The position numbers and the translations under genes were made by a program. The notes beneath the pieces are model-generated. The model saw only the letters and a list, made by a program, of their open reading frames with translations. It was not told where the DNA came from and ran no database searches. Below are positions 10,955-21,089 of a DNA stretch of 64,000 nt, one piece after another. Location: positions 160,001-224,000 of the forward strand of contig CAWDYC010000005.1 in the NCBI GenBank assembly GCA_963806535.1, read 5' to 3'. The DNA is from Candidatus Bathyarchaeota archaeon. Lineage in GTDB: Archaea > Thermoproteota > Bathyarchaeia > Bathyarchaeales > Bathycorpusculaceae. Within the stretch, counting starts at the first letter, position 1. Every line of letters starts with the position of its first letter.

Positions 10955-11220
10955 CTTTCAAAGTACTCCTGCACCCTAAAGCAGCAAAAGAACTCCAAAA
11001 AACAGAAAAACATATCCGAACCAGAATAATCGAGAGCGCAAAACAACTTCGTGAAAACCCCGACAAAATCGGAAAACCCCTAAAGCAATCAGATTTCTGG
11101 AGCCTAAGAGTAGGCGACTATCGAGTCATCTACGAAATAGACCAAAACAAAAAACAAGTAGTCATTCTTTTTATCGGGCATAGAAGCAAAGTGTACGATG
11201 ACTTTTCAAAAATGCTCTGA
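10951..11220 (+). CDS. relE: RelE/ParE family toxin
   Basis: FKVLLHPKAAKEL..KPL..SLRVGDYRVIYEID..IGHRSKVY. Confidence 0.92.
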   Translation: MTFKVLLHPKAAKELQKTEKHIRTRIIESAKQLRENPDKIGKPLKQSDFWSLRVGDYRVIYEIDQNKKQVVILFIGHRSKVYDDFSKML

Positions 11221-11222
11221 TA

Positions 11223-11405
11223 TTACGATATTTCTTGATTAAACTTTCTTGTTTTTTGTTTCCTGAAGCAAATAACCAAAGTAGCAACAATCCCAATTAT
11301 TATTACTTCTGGAATAGTGGCAACAGTTGCGATTGTAAAAGGTGCTAGCTTTGAGTTCTTTTCCTCATTTTCCGTGCACTTCTTACTTTGCCTAATCCCG
11401 TTTGA
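11223..11405 (-). pseudogene. Orphan C-terminal anchor (TM + basic tail) remnant of a surface protein
   Basis: Minus frame reads ..KLAPFTIATVATIPEVIIIGIVATLVICFRKQKTRKFNQEIS* with no usable start after the upstream stop. Confidence 0.4.
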
Positions 11406-11448
11406 CTATTAATTTTATTGGTTTTTCTACTTTTTCAGTAAACCCTAC

Positions 11449-11477
11449 TTGACGTAGTAATATATAGTATGTATAAT
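11449..11477 (+). promoter_or_regulatory. Bacterial sigma70-type promoter
   Basis: TTGACG (11449-11454) + 17 nt + TATAAT (11472-11477); AAGGAG Shine-Dalgarno at 11503-11508. Confidence 0.6.
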
Positions 11478-11513
11478 AATACTTTAAATAGACCAGACAT
11501 GCAAGGAGAAAAA

Positions 11514-12083
11514 ATGAAAGAAAAAACAAATCATGTAAATGTCAAAGAGATGAATTTTGATCAATTATTTAAACAAATTTCTCCGGAAGAGATATGCGAC
11601 AATGTATTTACGTTGGTAGGAAAAGTTTTTCCGGTTATTACTGCGGGCAAGGAAGATCATTATAATTCCATGACAGCCAGTGGGGGTGGTTTGGGGATTC
11701 TTTTCAAGAAACCCACCACTTGGTGTATTCTTCGAGCAGACCGTTATACGCTTGAAATGATTCAAAAAGAGCAAACATATACGATGTCTTACTTCCCGAA
11801 TGAATATAAGGAACAAATACTCTTTTTGGGAAGTAAATCAGGAAGAGATAGTGAGAAAATGAAAGAAGTTGAATTGACAAGTGTTCAAACTCCTTCCGGA
11901 GATATGTCTTTCAAAGAAGCCAGACTAATTATTGAATGTAAATTAACGGAAATTACTACCCCCAATCCCAATGATTTTTACACACAAGAAGCTAAAGACT
12001 ATATAAACGAAGCTTACAAAGAAGCAAACGATTATCGCAAATATGTATTTGGGGAAATCACCCATGTTTGGGTAAAGAAATAA
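11514..12083 (+). CDS. Flavin reductase-like (flavoredoxin, split-barrel) protein
   Basis: VITAG..YNSMTASGGGLGILF.KP..RYT..GSKSGRD..EARLIIECK..GEI; start chosen from the Shine-Dalgarno. Confidence 0.85.
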   Translation: MKEKTNHVNVKEMNFDQLFKQISPEEICDNVFTLVGKVFPVITAGKEDHYNSMTASGGGLGILFKKPTTWCILRADRYTLEMIQKEQTYTMSYFPNEYKEQILFLGSKSGRDSEKMKEVELTSVQTPSGDMSFKEARLIIECKLTEITTPNPNDFYTQEAKDYINEAYKEANDYRKYVFGEITHVWVKK

Positions 12084-12099
12084 GAATAAACCAGAATTA

Positions 12100-12129
12100 A
12101 CGAAGAGAATGATTAGTCATTCTCTTCGT
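12100..12129. terminator. Perfect stem-loop downstream of the flavin reductase gene
   Basis: ACGAAGAGAATGA-TTAG-TCATTCTCTTCGT (13-bp stem). Confidence 0.65.
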
Positions 12130-12461
12130 CATCATACAAATTATCCAATTCAAAAAATATGCTCCTAACTTTGACAATGCGTCACCCAAATCGACCTTAA
12201 CTTTTGAGAAATCGTATATTCGATTTGAAATTCGATTTTCTCGAAATGAGGATTTTTTATTCGATCCTCAGGCTGATATCCTCCCAGAATTTTTGGTCAA
12301 AAAGCTTCGCAATCATCCTGTGCTTGTCTGTTATTAACATGGTTTTGGAGACGCTTGTTTGGTTCAGCGGGCATCTTTACTTTTTATGGTGGTAATTGTT
12401 TTGGCTATACTCAAGACCTTGTCAACGCTTAGTTTGATGCCGCTTAAGACCAAAATGTTTG

Positions 12462-12527
12462 TCATAAAATGGTTCTTGTCAAGGTTTCTGAACTAAACTT
12501 CGATTTTTTAGTCAAAATTTCTTGACT
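12462..12527 (-). promoter_or_regulatory. Tandem GTCAAG-N4-CTTGAC-like palindromes plus TATA-like element (copy 1)
   Basis: Boxes at 12478-12493 and 12511-12526; closely matches the reverse complement of 59411-59475. Confidence 0.6.
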
Positions 12528-12575
12528 TTTGAGTTAACATACAGTTAAATATTATTATAAACCTTTGAGGTATGG

Positions 12576-13031
12576 GTGTCATGCTTGCCTATAACTCAAG
12601 TAAGTGTCTTTCTTGATAATCATCCGGGCTCCCTTTTTGACGTTATGTCAAAGCTTGATCAAAACAAATTGAAAGTCTTCGCATTGTCAATTGCGGATGC
12701 AGGCGAGTTTGGCTTGGTCAGGTTGATAACTGAAGAACCTGAAAAAGCTACAAAGTTCTTGGAAGATGCCGAATTTAACCTTGCCAAATCCAAGAAGAAC
12801 ACGGAAGTAACGGCGATTTTCATATCTGCTCAGGAAACGCTATCAAAAATAACAAAGATTTTGGGTGACGCTGGCATAAACATAGAGTATGCTTATTCAT
12901 CAGCTGTCCACGTGGACGGCAAAGTAGCGTTGATATTGCGCCCAAGCAATGTAGAGAAAGCAGAGCAAATGTTAACTGCTAACGGCGTTGCAGTTCTTTC
13001 GCTTGCTGAAATCAAAAAATACTTTCAATAA
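12576..13031 (+). CDS. Tandem ACT-domain protein (type usually linked to paaK)
   Basis: QVSVFLDNHPGSL..ALSIADAGEFGLVRLI..GINIEYAYS. Confidence 0.9.
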   Translation: MSCLPITQVSVFLDNHPGSLFDVMSKLDQNKLKVFALSIADAGEFGLVRLITEEPEKATKFLEDAEFNLAKSKKNTEVTAIFISAQETLSKITKILGDAGINIEYAYSSAVHVDGKVALILRPSNVEKAEQMLTANGVAVLSLAEIKKYFQ

Positions 13032-13178
13032 TTAGTTTTCTTAGCCTACTTCTATAATTGTTAAGAGAGCTAATCTACCGTTTTTTGTGAAGTTAAGCTC
13101 CACAAAGTAATTAAATCAGACGATAAGCGTTAATTTATCGCGTTAGATACGACGGATACTTAGAAGGTTAAAGCCAGA

Positions 13179-15948
13179 ATGGGAACATTAAATCTTGATA
13201 AGATTTTCGACCCTCAAAGTGTAGCTATCGTAGGAGCCAGTGATGCGGAAGGTTCAGTTGGTTACGCAATTGTTAAAAATTTTACCCAAATGGGCTTCAC
13301 TGGCAAAGTTTACTTTGTAAACATTCGAAAGCCAGAAATTTTGGGCGTTAAAACTTACAAATCAGTTGATCAGATTCCAGAGCCAGTTGATTTGGTCATG
13401 ATTGCCACACCCGCCAAAACTGTTCCAGACGTTATGGAGGAATGTGGAAGGGCAAAGGTGAAAGGCGTAATCATTGTTTCTGCAGGATTCAAGGAAACTG
13501 GTCCAGCAGGAAAAGCTTTAGAAGAAAAAATTGTTGAAATCGCCAAGAAATATGGCATCAGAGTTATTGGTCCAAACTGCATTGGCATGATTCGTCCGCG
13601 AGTAAACCTTAACGCTACTTTTTTGGATAAAATGCCAAAACCAGGCAATGTCGCTTTTCTTTCACAAAGCGGCGCTTTAGGTTCAGCAATCCTTGATTGG
13701 GCAATCCACGAAAACATTGGTTTTAGCAATTTCGTTTCAGTCGGCTCCATGATTGACGTTGACTTTGGCGATCTTATTGATTATTTTGGTTCTGACCCAA
13801 AAACCAAAAGCATACTGATGTATGTTGAAGGCATAACTGAAGCACGCAAATTCATGAGTGCAGCAAGACACTTTGCAAGAACCAAACCCATAATTGTTGT
13901 TAAATCAGGCAAATTCGCCGAAAGCGCAAAAGCCGCAGCTTCACACACGGGTTCACTTTCAGGTGAAGATGACATTTACGATGCAGCTTTCAAACGTGCA
14001 GGTATTGTACGAGTAAACGAAATTGCTGATTTATTTAACGCAGCTGAAGTTTTAGGAACACAACCACTGCCCAAAGGTCCAAGACTTGCCATAATCACTA
14101 ACGCTGGTGGACCCGGTGTAATGGCAACTGACGCTTTGATTGCTCAAGGCGGTAAATTGGCAAAGTTAAGCCAGAAAACGATGGATTCACTTAACGCTGT
14201 TTTGCCTCCTTTCTGGAGCCACGGTAACCCAGTTGATGTTTTAGGTGATGCAAAGTCTGAGCGTTATAAGGCTGCAGTTGAAGCTTGCTTAAACGACGAA
14301 AACATTGATGGTATCTTGATTATTTTTACTCAGCAAGCAGTTTCGGAATCAGTTGAAATAGCCAAAAACATAGTTGAACTTGGTACGCAACAAAACCTAC
14401 CAGAACAAAACTATCTTAACCTCGTTTATGGGTTTTGGCGCAGTGCAAGAAGCAAACAGCATCCTTAACGCAAACAACATTCCCACTTACAGTACTCCTG
14501 AACAAGCAATCAAAACCTACATGTACATGTACAATTACCAACGCAACATTGAACTTCTCTACGAAACCCCTGAAGAACTGCCAGTTGATGCTTCACCACC
14601 AAAACGCCCAATCATGGTAATATTGAGAAACGCAGCGTTTGAAGGCCGAGAAGTTTTAACTGAAGATGAAGCTAAAAAAATTCTCAAATACTACAATTTC
14701 CCAGTCGTAAGAACCGCAGTCGCCAACAACGTGGATGAAGCAGTTGCTTTTGCCCAAGAAATGGGCTTCCCAGTTGTACTAAAGATTCTGTCACCTCAAA
14801 TCGTCCATAAAAGCGATGCAGGCGGAGTAATCCTAAACGTTAACACTCCAAACGAAGTCCGCGAAGCCTTCGAAGTGCTAATTCAAAGAGCAACCGCCTA
14901 CAACCCGAACGCCCAAATAATCGGTGTAACCGTTCAACCTATGATTGAAAAGAAAGGACAAGAAATTATCATCGGCGGAAAAACTGACCCTGTCTTTGGT
15001 CCCGTAATACTTTTCGGCATGGGCGGCGTCGGCGTTGAACTCTTCAAAGACTACTCAATTGGTCTTCCACCATTAAATACCACTCTTATTCACCGCATGA
15101 TGGAAGAAACAAAAGTTTACCGTTTACTCAAAGGCTACCGAGGTTCAGCTCCAGTTGACCTCAAAAAACTCGATGAAACTATGCTACTTTTCTCTCAGTT
15201 GCTTGTTGATTTCCCGCAAATAAAAGAAATTGACATCAATCCCCTTTTGATAAGCGAGAAAGACGCCTGCATCCTTGACGCCCGCATAGTAATTGACAAA
15301 GAAGCAGTTTGCAAGAAATTTGAACCCCACGAACACATGGTTATCAGCCCTTACCCAAAAGGACAAGAAATTCTGTGGCAACTAAAAAACGGCCAAGAAG
15401 TACTGCTACGACCCATAAAACCTGAAGATGAACCAATGTGGCTGGAAATGTTCCAAAGCTTCTCAGAAGAATCCATACGATACAGATTCTTCCAAATGCT
15501 AAAAGACACACCACATGAAGTTCGAGTCCGCTACTGCAACGTTGATTATGACAGAGAAGTCGCAATTGTCGCTGAAATGGTTGAAAATGGAAAAAGAAAA
15601 ATCCTCGGCGTAAGCCGCGTCAGCATTGAATCTGACGGAAAAAGCAGTGAAATGGCTTTCATTGTAAGCGATTACTGGCAAGGTTTAGGTTTAGGCACTA
15701 AAATGGTTGATTACGCGCTTGATATTGCAAAGGAAAAAGGCGTTGAAAGTGTTTACGCAATCATGCTGCCTGATAATTACCGAGCTTTAAGCTTAACAAA
15801 GAAAATGGGTTTCAACATTGAATACTTAAGCGATGGCACAGTCAAAGCAACACTTGACCTCAAAAACGAAGATATCGATACACGATGCTCTAGTAACAGT
15901 TGCCTGAACCTCCAAAAGAACAATCAAAACAGCAAATCACACCGGTAG
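13179..15948 (+). CDS. ADP-forming acyl-CoA synthetase alpha/beta fused to a C-terminal GNAT (Pat-like architecture); frameshift near 14380
   Basis: GPNCIG, SQSGA, ASHTGSL, TNAGGPGV, NPVDVLGDA; HKSDAGGV, EIDINP; LRPIKPED..RYRFF..DYDRE..WQGLGLGT. Confidence 0.92.
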
Positions 15949-16200
15949 AACAAGAAAAAAAGAAGTCAAAGAACAGCAAGAAATAGCATCAACCTAAAGA
16001 AAAAAACCTAATTTCTCTTTTATCCTGAAACTTAATCTTTTATTTACCAATAAAATAATTATTCTTAGCCTAAGTTCAAAAGTTAATTATTTTGCAAAAA
16101 CTTTCGTATATGGCATTAATTCTTTGCTGTATCCTTTTATATTTCGAGCTTCTGTAAATTTTGAGAAAGCGTTGAAAACAACCCTAACGGAGGATAATTT

Positions 16201-16692
16201 TTGGCAAAAGACGATAAACGACGCCTAATGCTGGAAAAAGTCCTAAAAGAACACAATTATCAGGAAAGCGCTCTTCTTGAAATATTGCATCGCGCCCAAG
16301 AAATTTATGGATACTTAGATAAAGATTTGCTTATGGATATTTCTGCTTCGCTGAATCTTCCTCCAAGCCACGTTTATGGCGTTGTAACTTTCTACAGTTT
16401 CTTTAAACTTAGAAAACCAGGCGAACATGTCGTAACTGGATGCTTAGGCACCGCCTGCTACGTTAAAGGTGTTGAGCAAATCATCGAAGCTATTGAGCAA
16501 GAATTCAACGTTAAACGAGGAGGCTCCACAGCTGATGGCAAGTTTTCTTTGCTTTTGACTCGTTGCATTGGTGCATGCGCTATGGCTCCAAACATCGTTG
16601 TTGATGACGAAGTAATTGGTAAAGCAACCAAAGAAGTGGTAATTCAAAAAATCAAAAATGCGCTCGGAGGAGTCAAATCTGAAACTAGCTGA
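16201..16692 (+). CDS. hoxE: HoxE/NuoE-like [2Fe-2S] diaphorase subunit
   Basis: VYGVVTFYSFF..CLGTACYVKG..RCIGACAMAP. Confidence 0.85.
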   Translation: MAKDDKRRLMLEKVLKEHNYQESALLEILHRAQEIYGYLDKDLLMDISASLNLPPSHVYGVVTFYSFFKLRKPGEHVVTGCLGTACYVKGVEQIIEAIEQEFNVKRGGSTADGKFSLLLTRCIGACAMAPNIVVDDEVIGKATKEVVIQKIKNALGGVKSETS

Positions 16693-18331
16693 TCTGCAAG
16701 CATAGTTACTCAAGAACTTGAATTCCAAAGAGCCTACAAATACCGTATTAACGTGTGCTGCTCAAGCGGCTGCGTTCCTTTTGGCGCCTTTAAAGTTCTT
16801 AAAGCCTTCGAGGACGCTGTCAAAGAATTCGGCGTTGACAAGGAATGCAAAGTTGCCCGTACAGGTTGCATCGGCACCTGCTCTGTTGGTCCAGCAGTGC
16901 TTATTGAACCAGGCGACTACCTCTACCAAAGCGTTAGCCCAGAAAGAGTACGAGAAATAGTTCGCGACCACATCGTTTTAGGATTACCCGTAAAAGACAT
17001 GCTCTACAAGAACCAAGCATACTTCCAAAAGCAGCATCGGTTGGTTCTTCGTAACGCAGGAAAAATTGATCCTTCAAGAATTCAAGATTACATTTCTGCG
17101 GGCGGCTACTCTGCAATTGTTAAATGTCTTGCAACCATGACTCCGCAAGGAGTAATTTACGAAGTAGTAACCAGCGGACTCAGAGGACGAGGCGGCGCAG
17201 GTTTTCCAACAGGACAGAAATGGAGTCTTGTAGCAAGAGCACAAAACACACCCAAATACATAGTAGCCAACCTTGACGAAGGCGACCCAGGAGTCTTCGC
17301 CAACCGAACACTTGCTGAAGCTGACCCACACGCAATCATTGAAGGCATGCTTATCGCAGCCTACGCGATAGGCGCAGAGAAAGGCTACATTTACATTCGC
17401 TCTGAATATCCACTTGCAATTCAAACTCTTCAGAAAGCCATGGCCCAAGCAAAAGCCATGACTCTTTTGGGCGAAAATATTCTGGAAACACCCTTCAAGT
17501 TTGATCTTGAAGTACGACTTCGGCGCAGGAGCGTTCGTGGCTGGAGAAGAAACGGCTATTCTCGCTTCAGTTGAAGGTCGCAGAGCAATGCCTCGTCCCC
17601 GTCCACCATACCCAGCCAACTCTGGATTGTGGCAGAAACCCACACTTATCCAAAACGTGGAAACCCTAGCCAACATCCCACTCATCATTCAGAACGGCGG
17701 CTTATGGTTCCAAAAGCTGGGCACACCAAAATGCAGCGGAACAAAATGTTTCTCGTTAACAGGCAAAGTAAACAATCCTGGCTTAATCGAAGTTCCAATG
17801 GGTATAACCCTGAGAGAAGTAGTTTTTGACATTGGCGGCGGAGTACCAGACGGCAAAAAATTCAAAGCAGTCCTCGTCGGTGGACCCTCAGGCGGTTGTC
17901 TTCCAGAAACGCTCCTTGAATCACCAATTGACTATGACTCGTTAACAAAGGTTGGCGCAATCATGGGTTCAGGCGGCATAGTCGTGCTTGATGAAGATTC
18001 ATGTATGGTTGACACTGCAAGGTTCTTCACTGAATTCTGTATTGACGAATCCTGCGGCAAATGCACTCCATGCCGAGCAGGGTTAGCCCGAGTTAAGGAA
18101 GTTTTTGACAAAATAACTCACGGCCAAGGCGAAATGAGTGACATTGCAACCTTGGAGAAATCCAGTGTTTTCATCCGGGACGCCAGCCTCTGTGGTCTAG
18201 GTCAAACAGCACCCAACCCAGTGATAACCACTCTGCGTTACTTCAAAGACGAATACGTTAAACATATCATTGAAAAGCAATGTGACGCTGGAAAATGCTT
18301 CAAAACCCGAGACGAGGAGGAAGAAGCATGA
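16679..18331 (+). CDS. hoxF: HoxF/NuoF-like NAD(H)/FMN-binding subunit (two indels; probable CTG start)
   Basis: [74 protein letters not shown]. Confidence 0.88.
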
Positions 18332-19035
18332 GCATTAACCAAATTAAACTCAAAATTGACGACGTTGAAATAACAGTTCCTGAAGGCACAACAATTTTAA
18401 ACGCGGCAAAAGACATCGGCATCATAATTCCTACTCTTTGCAACGTTGAAGGCTTAACTGCTTATGGCGGCTGCCGATTGTGTCTCGTAGAAATTGGCGG
18501 CAACCCGAAACTTTTCCCAGCCTGCACAACTCCAGTTGGCCAAGGAATGGAAGTTATTACTCAATCTCCTAAACTGAAAGAGTACCGTAAAATGGCTGTA
18601 CAGATGCTGCTTGCTGAACGCACTCATATTTGCTCGGTGTGCGTAGCTAACGATCACTGTGAACTGCAAGCCATGGCAAATCAGCTTGGAGTTGACCATG
18701 TCATGTTTGAACGTAACTGGAGCCATGATGAGATCGATTCCACTCATGACTTTTTAGTTATTGACCGAAACAGATGCATCCTGTGCACCCGATGCATTCG
18801 AGTCTGCGACCAAATCGAAGGCGTCCACACTCTTGACCTTAAACTCCGAGGTAAAGACTCTCAGGTCATCATGGATCTTGATGAACCTTGGGGTAATTCC
18901 TGCTCATGCACTTCCTGCCGCAAATGCGCCAAAGTCTGCCCAGTCGGAGCCATCTACATTGAAGGCGAACCCATAGACCACACCAAAAACAAAGATATCG
19001 CCGAATTTATTACGGCGAGGAGGAACCGCAAATGA
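18328..19035 (+). CDS. hoxU: HoxU Fe-S diaphorase subunit
   Basis: [54 protein letters not shown]. Confidence 0.9.
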   Translation: MSINQIKLKIDDVEITVPEGTTILNAAKDIGIIIPTLCNVEGLTAYGGCRLCLVEIGGNPKLFPACTTPVGQGMEVITQSPKLKEYRKMAVQMLLAERTHICSVCVANDHCELQAMANQLGVDHVMFERNWSHDEIDSTHDFLVIDRNRCILCTRCIRVCDQIEGVHTLDLKLRGKDSQVIMDLDEPWGNSCSCTSCRKCAKVCPVGAIYIEGEPIDHTKNKDIAEFITARRNRK

Positions 19036-19575
19036 CTGCAAATCAGAAAGTTAGGGTTGCAACTGTTTGGCTTAGCGGCTGTTCAGGGTGCCACATGTCC
19101 TTTCTTGACCTGGACGAACGGCTAATTGATTTAGCCAAAAAAATAACGTTGGTTCACAGTCCAATAGTGGACGTAAAAGAATTCCCGGAAAACGTTGACG
19201 TTACACTCATCGAGGGCGCAGTTGCAAACGAAGATCAATTTGCAATGCTAAAAAAAGTTCGAACAAAAACAAAAATCCTAATTTCACTTGGCGACTGCGC
19301 CGTAACTGGAAACGTTACAGCCCTGCGAAATTCATGGCGACACAGCGACCAAGCAGTTCTGGAGCGGGCATATAAAGATCCAGCCGACTTAAACGCCGCC
19401 ATCCCCACAGCCGTGCCTAAACTGCTTATCCATGCTCGTCCACTACATGAAATGGTCAAAGTTGACTTTTTTATTCCAGGATGTCCACCTCCACGCCGAC
19501 CTCATAAATTATGTTTTAACTGAATTGTTGGCTGGCCGAACACCAGTTATGGAGGGAAGATCAAAATATGGTTAA
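19032..19575 (+). CDS. hoxY: [NiFe] hydrogenase small subunit HoxY (3' indel)
   Basis: [32 protein letters not shown]; short single-cluster type. Confidence 0.9.
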
Positions 19576-21009
19576 AGTGAACGCAGAGAAAAAAATTACT
19601 ATTAGTCCAATCACGCGCATCGAAGGGCACGCTCAAGTAACTATCCTGCTAAACGAAGATGACTCAGTAAAAGAAGCCCTATTCAAAGTAGTTGATTTCC
19701 GCGGATTCGAAAAATTCACCGAAGGCAGACCATTCTACGAAATGCCAAGTATAACATCAGAGCCTGCGGCATCTGCCCAGTCAGCCACCTACTTGCTTCA
19801 GCCAAAGCATGCGACGCTATCGTCGGCGTAAACCCACCAAAAACCGCCATAATGCTAAGACGTTTAATGCATATGGGTCAACTAATCCAATCACACGCAC
19901 TAAACTTTTTCCACCTCTCCTCACCCGACTTCCTTTTGGGCTTCGATTCTGACCCAGCGCAAAGAAACATTTTCGGCTTAATTGAAAAACAGCCTGAACT
20001 AGCCATGCGTGGAATAAAACTCCGCAAGTATGGACAAGAACTGATCGAAAAAATCGCTGGCAAACGCATTCATTCAAGCGAATGGATACTGCCAGGCGGC
20101 GCAAAATGGCCACTTACAAAGGAAAGAGCCGACTATCTTCGCGTCAATCTGCCTGAAGCCCTTCAGGGAGCCCAACAAACGTTGGAAATGTACAAGAAGA
20201 TGCTGGATGGCTTTGAAGAAGAGGTTGAAAACTTCGGCAATTTCCCAAGTTACTACATGGGTTTAGTAACTGCTGATGGGGGCTTAGAACATTATGACGG
20301 CACACTTACTATCGTTGACAATAACGGCAAAGTCTCTGCACAATGCGTTGATCCAACAACATACCGCGACTTCATCGGAGAAGCCGTTGAACCATGGTCT
20401 TTCATGAAGTTTCCATACTTCAAATCAGTCGGGTACCCAGACGGCGCATACAGAGTCGGACCGTTGGCAAGACTTAATGTCGCTTCTCACTGTGACACAC
20501 CGCTTGCAGACCAAGAACTAAAAGAATTCAAGAAACTAGGCAAAAATGGCGTTGTACAAAGCACGTTCCACTATCACTATGCTCGATTAATCGAAATGCT
20601 ATTCTGCCTTGAAACGGCCAAAAATTTGCTTGAAGACCCAGAAATCCTCTCTGAACACGTCACATCAAAAGCCCTAGTCAACAACTATGAAGGCGTCGGA
20701 GTGGCAGAAGCACCCAGAGGCACCCTGATTCACCACTACAAAGTCGACTCGCAAGGAATGATAACGTGGAACAACATGATAATTGCAACAGAACACAACA
20801 ACATCGCCTACAACATGGCAGTAACGCAAGTAGCCAAAAAATACGTCAAAGCAAAACAGCTTCAAGAAGGCATGCTAAACCGCGTTGAAGCAGTAATCCG
20901 CGCTTTTGACCCATGCTTAAGCTGCGCAACCCATGCAGTTGGCAAAATGCCTCTTGAAATAAAAATGTTTGACTCGAGCGGATTGCTAGTGGACCGCAAA
21001 ATTAAGTAA
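19568..21009 (+). CDS. hoxH: [NiFe] hydrogenase large subunit HoxH (indel ~19760)
   Basis: ITRIEGH, RGFEKF, (R)ACGICPVSH restored across the indel, [19 protein letters not shown] plus C-terminal extension. Confidence 0.9.
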
Positions 21010-21089
21010 ACATCTTTTCTTTTTTCGACAATTGATTCTTAATTAATAAATCTTAAATCTTAAAGCGACCACTTATCAGCTGTGGAAAC

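Noticed and set aside
12084-12140. Hairpin as an integron attC site
   Set aside because: No matching GTTRRRY core or extrahelical bases, and no integron integrase in the window.
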